In this document: positions 11,868-22,784 of the stretch, one piece after another
Position numbering within the stretch: the stretch's first letter is position 1
Layout of the letters: each line of letters starts with the position of its first letter
DNA from: Mobula hypostoma
Taxonomy: Eukaryota
Assembly (NCBI RefSeq): GCF_963921235.1
Contig: NC_086122.1
Coordinates: 27,466,001-27,530,000, forward strand
Direction: 5' to 3'
Length of the DNA stretch: 64,000 nt
Made by a program: the position numbers and the translations under genes
The notes under the pieces: generated by a model
Seen by the model: the letters and a program-made list of their open reading frames with translations, nothing else
Databases searched by the model: none
What the model was told of the DNA's origin: nothing

Positions 11868-13107
11868 TCTGAATTTTCTAATCTATGTTACTGCTTTACA
11901 TTTTCCCTGCTCCGTTGAAAAGTAAATCACCTGATAGATTAACTCTGTTTCTCACTGTATAGATGCTGCCTGGTTGGATGAGTATATCCCACCAAGTTTT
12001 TCTTGCTTTTATTTTGACTTCTTGACATCTGCAACATTTTGCTTTTTATACATGCCTGGGATATGGTACTGGAGAATAATCAACAAAACTAACCGCAACC
12101 TGGAATCAAGTATCATCTCACTTGATATAAAATTTCGTTCAGACAATTTTACCACAATCCAATGACATAAATACACTTCTATTTTAATAATAAAACGTGA
12201 AAGCAAATTAGTGGACTTTGTTATTAGTGACAGTGGATTTTTACAGTGTTACAAACATTCAGATTGATATATACTATGGCTTAAAGATAGTTTTAAATAA
12301 CTTATGCTGTTAACTTCCAAGTTAATGTTGCCTAAAATCCAAGATAATTATACTCTCTAATATGCCAAAATTAAAGAGGTGGAAGAAGATCTGTGTGGTG
12401 AGTTAATCATGTATAAATCATGAATATGTATGTGGCGATAGACTCAATATTAATTAATGGCAGAGATTTGCATTCCTGTTTATATAGAATTAACTCATTC
12501 TTTGATGACAAGTCTCTATAGAGTTTCAGAGCTTTACGTGATGTAATCATATCATACAGCGAGGAAGTGGTGAACCAACAAAATGCTTGCTATCATGTCT
12601 CTCGACAGTCAGCTAAGCCATTCCATTAACTTAGCTGGCTATCAACACCATCAAAAAGTTTAGATGTATCTGTACAACATAAAGATGCCATGCATTTAGA
12701 ACCTATTCAAGCTATTATGATATTAAAAACTTGTCAAAAATAAAAAAACACAACTGAAAACAATAACAAATTATTAAATAGACCACAACTCTATAAAGAA
12801 TAATGTGGATAACCCACACCTAATTGTCACCTGCAGCTCTTTCCCTCCATTCTAGTCAATGGAGCTATAGTCCCAGTGCCAGATCTAAGGTGGCTAAATG
12901 AACTCACATAATCCCACACTGACTGCAACTCCAGTACTTGTATTCATTCAGAAAAAAAACACAAAGTTGCTAACAACTATGTATGGAAATCTAGGCTGTT
13001 ATCCACATAAATGTTTCCCTGCAAAATACTTTTCAGTGAGCTTCAGTTACTTTTGGTATTTTTCAATTCATTTTAATAACTGTTCTTCTCCAGAAATATC
13101 ATGATAC

Positions 13108-13313
13108 TGTAAGGGGTGGAAACATAGGTATAATTCACAGCCTCCGACATTGAGTTGGGGTTCACTTTAAGAGACAGGTCTGATGTGATGACATAACGAC
13201 GAGAAGCTTTCTTACCCTGCTTTCTGTTCCGTGTTTGGTTGACAATAAAGCAAGTTGTTATAGTTTCCCTTAAACTTAAAATGCCTCTGCCACTTTATTT
13301 ACGAAAACATACA
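13108..13313 (+). mobile_element. Solo LTR (206 bp)
   Basis: TGTAAG...CATACA termini, internal AATAAA, 4-bp TSD ATAC (13104-13107 / 13314-13317). Confidence 0.7.
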
Positions 13314-14156
13314 ATACTATTCTTTTGTTGGCGGTTCAGAGATGTTCTAGGTAGGATAAAGTGGAAACTTGAGTTCTTATTCCCTTCTTGCCCCTCAGTC
13401 CACAGAGAACGAGCTAAGGCCCAACCAGGAAGTTACAAAGCCTGAACTAACTTTGGCTAATGGATGCCGACTGGGGAAATGGCACAGAGAACAGAATCTA
13501 CTCCGTTTCAAGTTTGTATCTTCATTCACTGTACTCACACTTTCTTGAATATACGTGAACCTTTTTCAGCCGCAGAGCTCTACTGCAGACACTACCCATG
13601 ACTTTTCGGTCTCTGTTCAAGGTGTGGCTCCTGGCTTTTGACAGCTAATTCTATCTCCCGTCTTCACTGAAGCGGGGAGGAGTCACAGCGAAGGCAGAAC
13701 CTCACCTCTGCGAAGGTGAGAAAGTGGAGACGATACCTTGCTTTTCACGCAACAAGATGTTCAAAGTAAGTTCGCCTTGGAAAGTAGTGCTTGGATTTAT
13801 CAGGGCAACGAAGAAACAGATGCTGCACACAGCAGGTGCCATGACGGAGCTACCGTGTTATCATCTGTGGGTCCTCAATCAGCAAGCATCTGTTGAAAAT
13901 TGTGATTCATCACCAGAAAGAAACACTGCCTCTGTGCGTTCACACCTTCTCTAATCAAGCACTTGTACAGTGACTGGAGCATTGACAATTACAGAAGGTG
14001 ATATTGTTTGCTGTATTACTAATCCCCTATTAAATCCTTGAAAACTTTCTCTTTTTGGTGTCTTTGTATACTATCTGCAAATTACGTTCATTCCATATTT
14101 GTACGCAATTAATTTTTCCTTTATATCCCTCTTCAGGCACCACTTATATTCCATTA

Positions 14157-14735
14157 GGGGCGCCACGGTAGTGCGGGGAGGTTGACGGTGGCGTTGCGGT
14201 TAGCGTGACGCTATTACGCTATTACGGAGTACATTCAGCCAGAGACTCATTCCACCGAAATGCAGCACTGAGCGTCACAGGAAGTCATTCCTGCCTGTGG
14301 CCATCAAACTTTACAACTCCTCCCTTGGAGGGTCAGACATCCTGAGCCAATAGCTGGTCCTGGACTTACTTCATAATTTACTGGCGTAATTTACATATTA
14401 CTATTTAACTATTTATGGTTCTATTGTTATTTATTATTTATGGAGCAACTGTAATGAAAACCAGTTTCCCCCGGGATTAATAAAGTATGAATATGACTAT
14501 TAGACCTCAGGGCATCAGAGTTTGAGGTCAGTTCTGGCTCCGTCTGTATGGAGTTTCTACGTTCTCCCTGTGATTGCGTGGGTTTTCTACGGGTGCTCCG
14601 GTTCCCCCACAAGTTGGAAGACGTACCAGTTGGCACATTAATTGGTCAATGTAAATTGCCCCGTGATTAGGCCTGGCTGAAATAGGTGGGTTGCTGGGTG
14701 ACGCAGCTTGTTGGGCGTTGTTGCTCTAAATAAAA
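14157..14735 (+). mobile_element. tRNA-derived V-SINE interrupted by a Rex-Babar 3' fragment
   Basis: SINE head at 14157-14225, with the body resuming at about 14500 with the V-domain and TAAATAAA tail. Confidence 0.8.
14228..14500 (+). mobile_element. Rex1/Babar LINE 3' end
   Basis: TFSQRLIPPKCSTERHRKSFLPVAIKLYNSS followed by a 3' UTR ending GGGATTAATAAAGTA-TGAATA-TGACTA. Confidence 0.75.
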
Positions 14736-14931
14736 TAGAATAACAAGGTTAGACAAGCGATCTGCTCTGCACTGTTCAGTGAATGCTATTCCATGGCTCT
14801 CAGGACGGAGGGAATTGCCGGCAATGCCTATTCATTACTGCATAGTTAATTCTCGGTGCTCCCTTTCAGACTATGGGAGGTGCGTTATCAGAAACTCATG
14901 TATACCTTTTTGTTTCAGGTAAACTGTTTAA

Positions 14932-15491
14932 CGTACGCTCACTTGCAACTTCAGCAGGGACCTCCTCTACCTAATAAAGTGGCCACCGAGTGTATGTTCG
15001 TGGACTTCCACTGCTGTAGCCCACCCACTTCACTACTGAAAGTGTTGTGCGTTCAGATGTGCTCTTCTGCACACCACTGTTGTAAGGTGTGTTTACTTGA
15101 GTTTCTGTCGCCTTCTTGTTAACATGAACCACTCTGGCCATTCATCCTGTCCGCTCTCGTTAACAGGGGGTTTTCATTCACAAAACTGTTACCAACTGGG
15201 TGTTCTTTTGCTTTTCACACCATTCCCTGTAAACTCTAGAGACTGGCGTGTGTGAACATCCCAGGAGATCAGCAGATTTTGAGATACTCAAACGACCCCA
15301 TCTGGCACCAGCAATTATTCACTGTCAATGTCTCTTAGATCATGTTTCTTCCCCATTCTGATGTTTGGTCTGAACACCTGTACCTGACCACGTCTGCATA
15401 CGTTTATGCATTGAGCTGCTGCCACGCGATTGGCTGACTGGTGATTGCCATTAACGAGCAGGTCTACCTAATAGAGTGACCACCGAGTGTA
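14932..15491 (-). mobile_element. Non-autonomous Tc1 element
   Basis: TIR TACCTAATAAAGTGGCCACCGAGTGTA, homologous to 2208-2744. Confidence 0.85.
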
Positions 15492-15702
15492 TTTTTTGTT
15501 CTAATTTAGGGACATCGCTTTGTAGGGAAAAAGAGATGGAAAGACAGAGACAGAAAAATAGAGAGATTAGGAGAAAAAGAGGGACTTCTACTCTGGAATC
15601 CAGGTTTGTCACCAGACTTTAGTAATGGGATAAAAGTCTTATCCATCAGTAGACAGGTATGGACAATCCCAAAACTACTGTGCTCAGTTCCATTGGGTAA
15701 TA

Positions 15703-16179
15703 CTGTACTGTGCAAAATTCTCAGGCATATATATTTAGCTAGGGTAATTTTATGTATTGTACTGTACTGCTGCCACACAAAAAAAATTGCATGACATACG
15801 TGAGTGATGATAAACCTGATTCTGATATGGGTGTCTATTGTGGACTGAGAGTGGAAAGGGGGCAGGGAGAGAGGAATCATGGTTGGGAAAAGGGGAAGGA
15901 AGAAGGAAGCAAACAGAGAGACATTCTGTAATGAAGAAATAGACCAAATGGCCTTACCTGGTGTGTCTACACCTGCACCAACCCCTGATCCTGGCACTCC
16001 TTCTCTGCCACCTGTCCCACACCCCTCCCACAGTGCTCCACCCTCCCCATTCCCAACATCCTTTACTCCCACCAGATTCACAAACTCGCTCTCTGCTCCA
16101 CGTAGACCAACACAGCACTGTGCAAATGACTTAGGCATCCTGGCTATACATAGGTGCCTAAGATTTTTGCACAGCGCTG
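15703..16179 (+). mobile_element. Composite Tc1-like MITE with palindromic ends and LINE-tail cargo (copy 1)
   Basis: Ends resemble CAGTACTGTGCAAAAGTCTTAGGCAC, with the same interior as 24530-25068 and 48430-48935. Confidence 0.8.
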
Positions 16180-16519
16180 TGTATCTGTTGATCAGATCTC
16201 ATGGGACAACCCTGGGTAGTGCAGTACTAGATGGTGTAGTGAATGTGAAGGTTTGGAAAATGGGATATTCTCTAAAAAATTCCATCCATGGGCATCCCAA
16301 CTTTCCCTGTAAATAAATGTAGAGAAGTTGAGTTTCCAGATCATGAGATGTTCTCATGTAGGGAGAGCCAACAGTTATAATTAATTTTCACATCTCAGTT
16401 TAACACAGTAACAAGGAACAATTATCAAACAGAAGGTAATACTAAGCTGCACGATGAAACACTTGGGCTGATATTTCATTAAAAGGGTATGTCTTAAAGT
16501 AGGCAAGAAAAGAGAGAAC

Positions 16520-16720
16520 AATGCAATTGTAAACAAGGTGGGACAGCAGAAACCGGATTGGACGAGGACTAACCAATCGGGGGGATGGACGATGGGGTAT
16601 AAATACCACCGGACTAGACATGCCCAGGCATCATCCCTGATGAAGAGGCAGAGTTTGTCATTGAAACGTCAGTTCGAATTGATACCTGTACCTGACTGGA
16701 AGCCCAAGAAGAGTTTATTT
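16520..16720 (+). mobile_element. Penelope-type pseudo-LTR (second family) with CCAAT, TATA and hammerhead core
   Basis: CCAAT at 16573-16577, TATAAATA at 16598-16605, CTGATGA at 16637-16643 and GAAACGTC at 16663-16670. Confidence 0.75.
16631..16676 (+). ncRNA. Minimal type I hammerhead ribozyme motif
   Basis: Intact CUGAUGA and GAAAC-GUC, stem II GGCAG/UUGUC, palindromic ACGU stem III. Stem I is weak and activity is untested. Confidence 0.6.
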
Positions 16721-16799
16721 GACTGTGTAATTAGGTTTGTATGAGAGGGAGAGCAGGAAGCTCAGAGCATACTTTATAACAATCAGTACAGTCCATTCC

Positions 16800-17168
16800 T
16801 GGGCGGTGGGGTGGAAATATGTCTCTCCAAAAGGAGGTGTAAGGTGCTCCTTCCTCCCGCTAGCCTGAGGGTCACCCTTGGGCAAAATGTAGCACCTGCT
16901 TAGCCCCCAATTAGGGTCACATGAAGTCATAGGAGCAGGTGGCGGATGGTCGTATGAGCATCTGGTGCACATCACAAGTCCTGGTTATGCGACCACTGAT
17001 GCCAGGCAGACAATCTCTGAAGAGTATTGATAATGGCTGGGGTCACCCATCTTGTAAAGATACTGCCCAGAAGAAGGCAATGGCAAACCACTTCTGTAGA
17101 AAAATTTGCCAAGAACAATCATGCTCAAAGACCATAATTACTTAAGCTATGACACATGATGATGATGG
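16800..17168 (+). mobile_element. Non-autonomous bipartite RTE-type retroposon, family F4
   Basis: Contains GAAGGCAATGGCAAACCAC (BovB/Bov-A-like motif). The family 3' end resembles the RTE LINE tail at about 27740-27780, and it has a (GAT)n tail. Confidence 0.8.
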
Positions 17169-17404
17169 TAGTCCATTCAAAGTTTACCCTATTCAGTTTG
17201 AAGGATTTAAAGTATCTTAGTGAGTTGACCACTTTTTGATGAATTGTATGACAACTAACCAGCCTCTTGAATCCTCAAGATTGCTAAAGTTTCCTTTAGG
17301 ATTTAAAGTATAACTTTCAAGTAGGTAAATAGTATAACATCATGTTCAGCAGAAGATGTTATCTCTAAACAGTGAAAGCTTGAAATAAAATCCATGCTAC
17401 AATG

Positions 17405-17700
17405 TGGCACAGTTTCTCAGCAGTTAGTGCCTCGGCTCAGGTTCAGCTTGACTTTGGGTGCTGTCTAAGTGGAGTGGTGCACGTTCTCCCTGGTTTTCCC
17501 TGGTTTTCTCCCACATCCCAAAGATGTTCCAGTTGGTTATGTGGCTCCTCAGATTACCTGTAGCTGGTGTCCAATGAATCAGAAAGGGTTTGATGAGCAC
17601 GTGAGAGGTAATAGATTACAGGGAAACAAGTGCAGGAATGGGGATGCTCAGCTGGAAGTTAGCATGCAACTGATGGGCTGAGCGGCCTCATTTTGTGTCA
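17405..17700 (+). mobile_element. Older tRNA-derived V-SINE
   Basis: Decayed head, V-domain GGTTTTCTCCCACATCCCAAAGATG and CR1-like tail GATGGGCTGAGCGGCCTC. Confidence 0.65.
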
Positions 17701-18354
17701 TAAGAAGCAAGACTCTGAAATACAAGCCTATAAGATCAAATAGAAAGTATTTTAACATTGATGCATTAAAGCATTTTAGACTTATTTTCCCCGCAGAAAT
17801 AATATGTAAACAAAGTTATTACAGATATTGGTGATTTCAAGCAAGCAGTAATCACTAGTCTAGAAGAAAGCATCTGAATGGAATTAAGCAGGTTATCGGA
17901 AGTTGTTTTCTCAAAGACCTGGTTCTGTGACCAGCTTAGATGTGAATGCGCTCATCTGCTGCTCGTGAAGAACTTGCCCAAGAGGGCCTCATTCTCACTT
18001 CCAGCTTTCGCTGCTGTCAGACATTAGTTCAGTGAGCAACACGGTAGGCAGTAACCATGATGCCATCAAGCTGGGTAAGCATCCAAACACATTAAAGTAT
18101 CTTGTCCCAGGCAATTCACTGGAAGAGCTGAACATTGGACGTGCAGGCACTGAAGTTCCTGCCACTTTCAGACAGAACAGCGATAAATATTTTCATTACA
18201 ATGGCAAGTTTCAAGCCAGCAAAGAATAAACTGTCCCTAACTTGCCTCAATAATTGTTAAAAGCCTCACTCTCACTGGTTGAGAGATTTCTCATCCCTCT
18301 TGACTATGGACAAGAGATTTAATATAGGAAGAGACAGAGGCTATCTGTCGATCA

Positions 18355-18570
18355 AAAACGCAAGAGATTCTGCAGATGTGGAAATCCAGAGCAACAAGCA
18401 CAAAATGCTGGAGGAACTCAGCAGGTCAGGCAGCACTTATGGAGGAGAATAAAGAGCTGATGTTTCGGGCCAAGTCCCTTCATTAGGATGTCTTGACCTG
18501 AAACATCGGTTCTTATTCCTCTCTATAGTTGCTGCCTGAACTGCAGAGCTCCTCCAGTATTATGTGTGAA
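18355..18570. mobile_element. Palindromic PLE pseudo-LTR pair
   Basis: Arm at about 18399-18474 is the reverse complement of about 18492-18568. A hammerhead remnant lies at the centre. Confidence 0.8.
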
Positions 18571-18784
18571 TTTTTAAAGTTCAACAAAGGTTTGGGAAAA
18601 AAGGAAACTTTAGCAAACTTCATAAGGTAAGACTAGTTGTCATATGTGGTGCATGGTGTTCCACTGAGAGTTGATGATCCATAGTTTTTTCTTACCTGTG
18701 GAAACAAATTGATTGAATTCTATAAATCTGATCACAAGCATTATTATGAAATAAAACAAATTATAAGTTCATATTTTTTTGTCT

Positions 18785-19031
18785 TAACTCCATCACCCCT
18801 ACTGGGGTATAGGTAGCTCACCAGAGTCCTCTGTCCTTGAGCCAGTCTTTCACACTTTCCCCAGGTGTAGCCAAATTTTTTTTTGGGTCTATCCTTCCTT
18901 TCCCAGGGCTGAGGTCGCTGGAGCTTCTGTTGTCATTTTTGTAGCGCTGGGTTTTTATGGGATTGGGGTGGTATCCCCATGCCCAAACTTGCTCCTTTCA
19001 CAGCCGGGCTTGAGATCGTCCATGGCAGAGT
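18785..19031 (-). mobile_element. Short non-autonomous RTE-type retroposon starting with a twister-like motif
   Basis: Minus-strand 5' end ACTCTGCCATGGACGATCTCAAGCCCGG...AAAGGAG, then GGGCATGGGG...ACCCCAATCCCATAAAAACCC as seen in RTE 5' UTRs. Confidence 0.65.
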
Positions 19032-19514
19032 ATTTCTGTCACCTTACCAACTGATTTTTACATTCACCGTCTAAGAGATAGAAGAGTCAAACGCAAGGAT
19101 AACATGATTATTAGTTTAAATCACTGGAGTGTAATTGCTACAAGATGGGTTACAACATTGTTTAGTCAATTATTGGACAAATATAATTATAGGACGTTAA
19201 GCAAGTTTACATCAGTTATCAGCACTGATATATCCCAGTGTCTACTTTGAAGATCTTTTACCCTGGCACACTGGAATATTGAGATCACCAAGAGGCCAGT
19301 GCCTAACAGGGTCCAGGGTCCACCCTAACCTGAATATTGCCGTCCTCCTTAAATCTCTGTGATTCTTTAGGAGATGACATTAAGGTGTGCCCTTTTGCAG
19401 TCAAACAATAAGAGGGGATACCTTAAGACATGGAAATGTCAAAGAGAAATTTCTAAGCTGATAATGTGAAAGAAGTTTAGCAGCTGTATTGAAGCCTCTC
19501 AGCTTCAACTCATA

Positions 19515-20830
19515 TACACAAGACATTCTGCAGATGCTGGAAATCTTGAGGAACGCACACAAAGTGCTGGAGGAACTCAACAAGTCAGGCAGCGTCTATG
19601 GAAGGGAATAAGCAGTCGACATTTTGAGACCCATCATCAGAACTGGAAGGAAGCGGGAGAAAGCCAGAATAAATAGAGTAGGTGCGGGAGGTAACAGAGT
19701 GCAAGCCAAGTGAGGAGGAAGGTGGCCGGGTGGTGGGAGAGGGGCGATGAAGCTGGGAGGTGATAGGTGGGAAAGGTAAAGGGCCGAAGAAGAAGGAATC
19801 TGATAGGGGATGAGAGGGGACCACAGGAGAAAAAGAAGGAGGTGAGACACTAGAAGGAGTTGATAGGTGGATGAGGAGAAGAGAAGAGGTAAGAGGGGAG
19901 CCAGAGTGGGGAACGGAAAAAGAAAGGAAGGGAGGTGGTTGAAATTACCCAGAGTTAGAGAAATCAATGTTTATGATGTCAGATTGGAAGCTACCCAGAA
20001 AGAATATGAGGCATTGGTTCAGCAACCTGACAGTGGCCTCACCATGGCAGTAGAGGAGACTTAGAAACATAGAAAACCTACAGCACAATACAGGCTCTTC
20101 GGCCCACAAAGCTATGCCGAACATGTCCTTACCTTAGAAATTACCTAGGGTTACCCATAGCCCTCTATTTTTCTAAGCTCCATGTATCTATCCAGGAGTC
20201 TCTTAAAAGAGCCTATCGTTTCTGCCTTCACCACCATCGCCGGCAGCCCATTCCATGCACTCACCACTGTCTGCGAAAAAAACTTACCCCTGACATCTCC
20301 TCTGTACCTACTTCCAAGCACTTTAAAACTGTGCCCTCTCGTGCTAGCCACTTCAGCCCTGAAAAAAGGCCTCTAACTATCCACACGATCAATGCTTCTT
20401 ATCATCTTGTACATCTCTATCAGGTCACCTCTCATCCTCCGTCGCTCCAAGGAGAAAAAGCCAAGTTCACTCAACCTATTCTCATAAGGCATGCTCCCCA
20501 ATCTCAGCAACGTCCTTGTAAATCTCCTCTGCACCCTTTCTATGGTTTCCACATCCTTCCTGTAGTGAGGCTTGTCGGAAATTCCGTTTGTTGTGGTAGG
20601 TGGAGCGAAGATGGCTCCCACTGATGAAGAGGAGGCCACATTGGGAGCATGGATTGGGATACGTAGATGATCCCGACAGACTTGCCGGTGAGGTGTTACC
20701 TCTCCTGGAAGGCCTGTTTTGGGGCCCTGAATGGTAATGAGGGAGAGGCATAGTGGCAGGTGTAACACTTGTCCGCTTTCAGAGAAAAGAACCAGGAGGG
20801 AGATCAGTGGAGAGGGACAAATAGATTATG
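19515..20830 (-). mobile_element. PLE 3' fragment (GIY-YIG remnants plus pseudo-LTR), interrupted by CR1
   Basis: KCYTC and TIQGPK remnants at about 20700-20770 and LGSFQSD-like sequence near 19990. The pseudo-LTR has CAGTT-CTGATGA...GTCGACTG at about 19613-19645(-). Confidence 0.8.
20062..20570 (-). mobile_element. CR1 LINE 3' end
   Basis: YRKDVETIERVQRRFTR...LERRRMRGDLIEMYK, TRGHSFK...FFSQTVVSAWNGLP, and a TTTCTATG tail. Confidence 0.9.
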
Positions 20831-21049
20831 TGAATAATCTCTGTGAAACAGAAAGTGTGTGGGAGTGTAAAATATGTTCAGAGGTGGGCTGCCATTGAAG
20901 ATAATGGATGTTACAGAGAACAAATTAAAAGCAGGTGTCCACTGATCTTAGAAGAGCTGTTTTGCCTCCATTTCTGTTCTGTGCATTCCTTGTGTTCCTT
21001 AAACTGTTCGGTTAACCATGTTCCTCAATGTTCTTAGGTCTGATTGTAC

Positions 21050-21578
21050 GGACACTCAGTGTCATTTTTTTTAAGATACACCTGTACACCTGCTTGTTAA
21101 TGCAAATATCTAATCAGCCAAACAGATAGCAGCAACTCATGAATAAGAGCATGCGGACATGGTCAAGAGGATCAGGCCAAATACTAGAATGGGAAAGAAA
21201 TGTGATATAAGTGACTTTGACTGTGGATTGAATGTTGGAGTTAGATAGGGTGGGTTGAGTATCTCAGAAACCGCTGATCTCCTGGGATTTTCACAGGCTG
21301 TAGAGTTTAAAAAGAATGGTGTGAAGAACAAAAAAAACGTCCAGTGAGCAGCGGTCCTGTTGGTGAAAATGCCTCGTTAATAAGAGAGGTCAAAAGGAGT
21401 ATGGGACAGGTGACAGTAACTCAAACAGCCACGCATTACAACAGTGGTGCACAGAAAAGCATCTCTGAATGCACAACAGATTGAATTTTGAAGTAGATGG
21501 GCTACAGCAGCAGATGACCATGAACATTCTGTACACTCAGGTACAGGAGGTACCTAATAAAAGTGGGCTCTGGGTGTA
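21050..21578 (+). mobile_element. Non-autonomous Tc1 element
   Basis: ATGGGAAAGAAATGTGAT (MGKKCD) Tc1 N-terminus, with TIRs at both ends. Confidence 0.85.
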
Positions 21579-21767
21579 TTTATTCTTTAAATCAGTGAAA
21601 AACACCCAAAGAAAATAAACTGAGTTAATGAATAAATACACTTAGTAGCCATGTCACTCAGAAATTCATAGAACGTCCCAGAATTTCCGCGTAAGGTCAT
21701 CAACCTGACACACTGAGTTTGTTCTATCTTCACTGATGCTGTTAAACCTTCTGAAATATTCCTAATA

Positions 21768-22688
21768 CAGGCTGAGTTCCCCTTATCCAAAATGCTTGGG
21801 AGTGGAAGAATTTTGGATTTCAGATTATGTTGGATTTTGGAATACATAGTGAGATTTCTTGGGATTGTCATCATTTCTGACTCTGAATTTATGTGCTTCC
21901 GGTAAGCAGTTTTTGTCTTACACTTGTTCATCACACATATGTACTTAACAGTGAAAATTATTACATACTTTCAATAAAATAAAAATACAATGTGTGCAGG
22001 TTCGAGAGAATACCTGAATCAGCTGTTGAACAACAACACACAGCGGCTGGCTTTTAGTCTCTACCTGCGATGCTGTGTTTTGATTAAAAGCTAACAGTAC
22101 ACTGTATTTGTATTTTACCTTTTTTTTAGGTTTTATGTAAGGTATAAAAACAATCAGCATTGTAGACTTGTTCTGGTGTTAGATTTTCATCAGCAATGAT
22201 CTTCCCAAACGCATCAATGAATTTCTCTGCTGCCTCGTGATCAGCAGACACTTTATCTTTAAACTTTTTTGAATCTTTAAAAATATAATGCCTTGCCTTT
22301 TCTTAAAATTCTGCAACCAGTCTGATGAATATTCACAATTACCTTCAATTTTCAGCTTGACAGGACGGATCTTTGCTTGTTTCTTGATCAGCATACCGTT
22401 AAGTGGCAGGGGTTCACTCCAACGCTGACGAATCCTCTCTTTCAATACACATTCAAGATCTTCATATTTTGCTCTTTGCAGTGTTGTTCTATTTTTCCTT
22501 ATTACATACTGTATGCGAGGTCACTTCTCAGAACTATCAGTGGAGTACAGAGACCTGCGCGTTGCCTGGGAAGCTTTCCAGCACCTTCTGGAATTTTCCT
22601 TTTGTGATGTCGTGTCAGCACTCAAAAAAAATTTCGGATTTGGGAAGTTTTCGGATTTTGGACTTTTGGATAAGGGGTACTCAATCTG
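21768..22688 (-). mobile_element. Internally deleted pogo/Tigger-type DNA transposon
   Basis: TIRs CAGGCTGAGTTCCCCTTATCC / GGATAAGGGGTACTCAATCTG flanked by TA. ORF 22179-22445(-) PLNGMLIKKQAK...YSSDWLQNFKKRQGI is a CENP-B-type HTH. Confidence 0.85.
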
Positions 22689-22784
22689 TATTACCCCCAT
22701 ATCTTCCTGATTTGTCCCACTAAATGATGATTTTTTTAAAAAAAGTTTATTATGCCCATATATATATAAAAGTTTTTATCCCCA

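Noticed and set aside
15506-16316. Long ORFs of 210 aa (-) and 145 aa (+)
   Set aside because: They run through the composite MITE, are low-complexity, and are not preserved in the other two copies.
16800-16900. HDV-like ribozyme at the F4 5' end (GGGTGGC/GTCACCC pairing in the family consensus)
   Set aside because: A P1-like helix is possible, but I could not place P3/L3, P1.1 and J4/2 in the required order.
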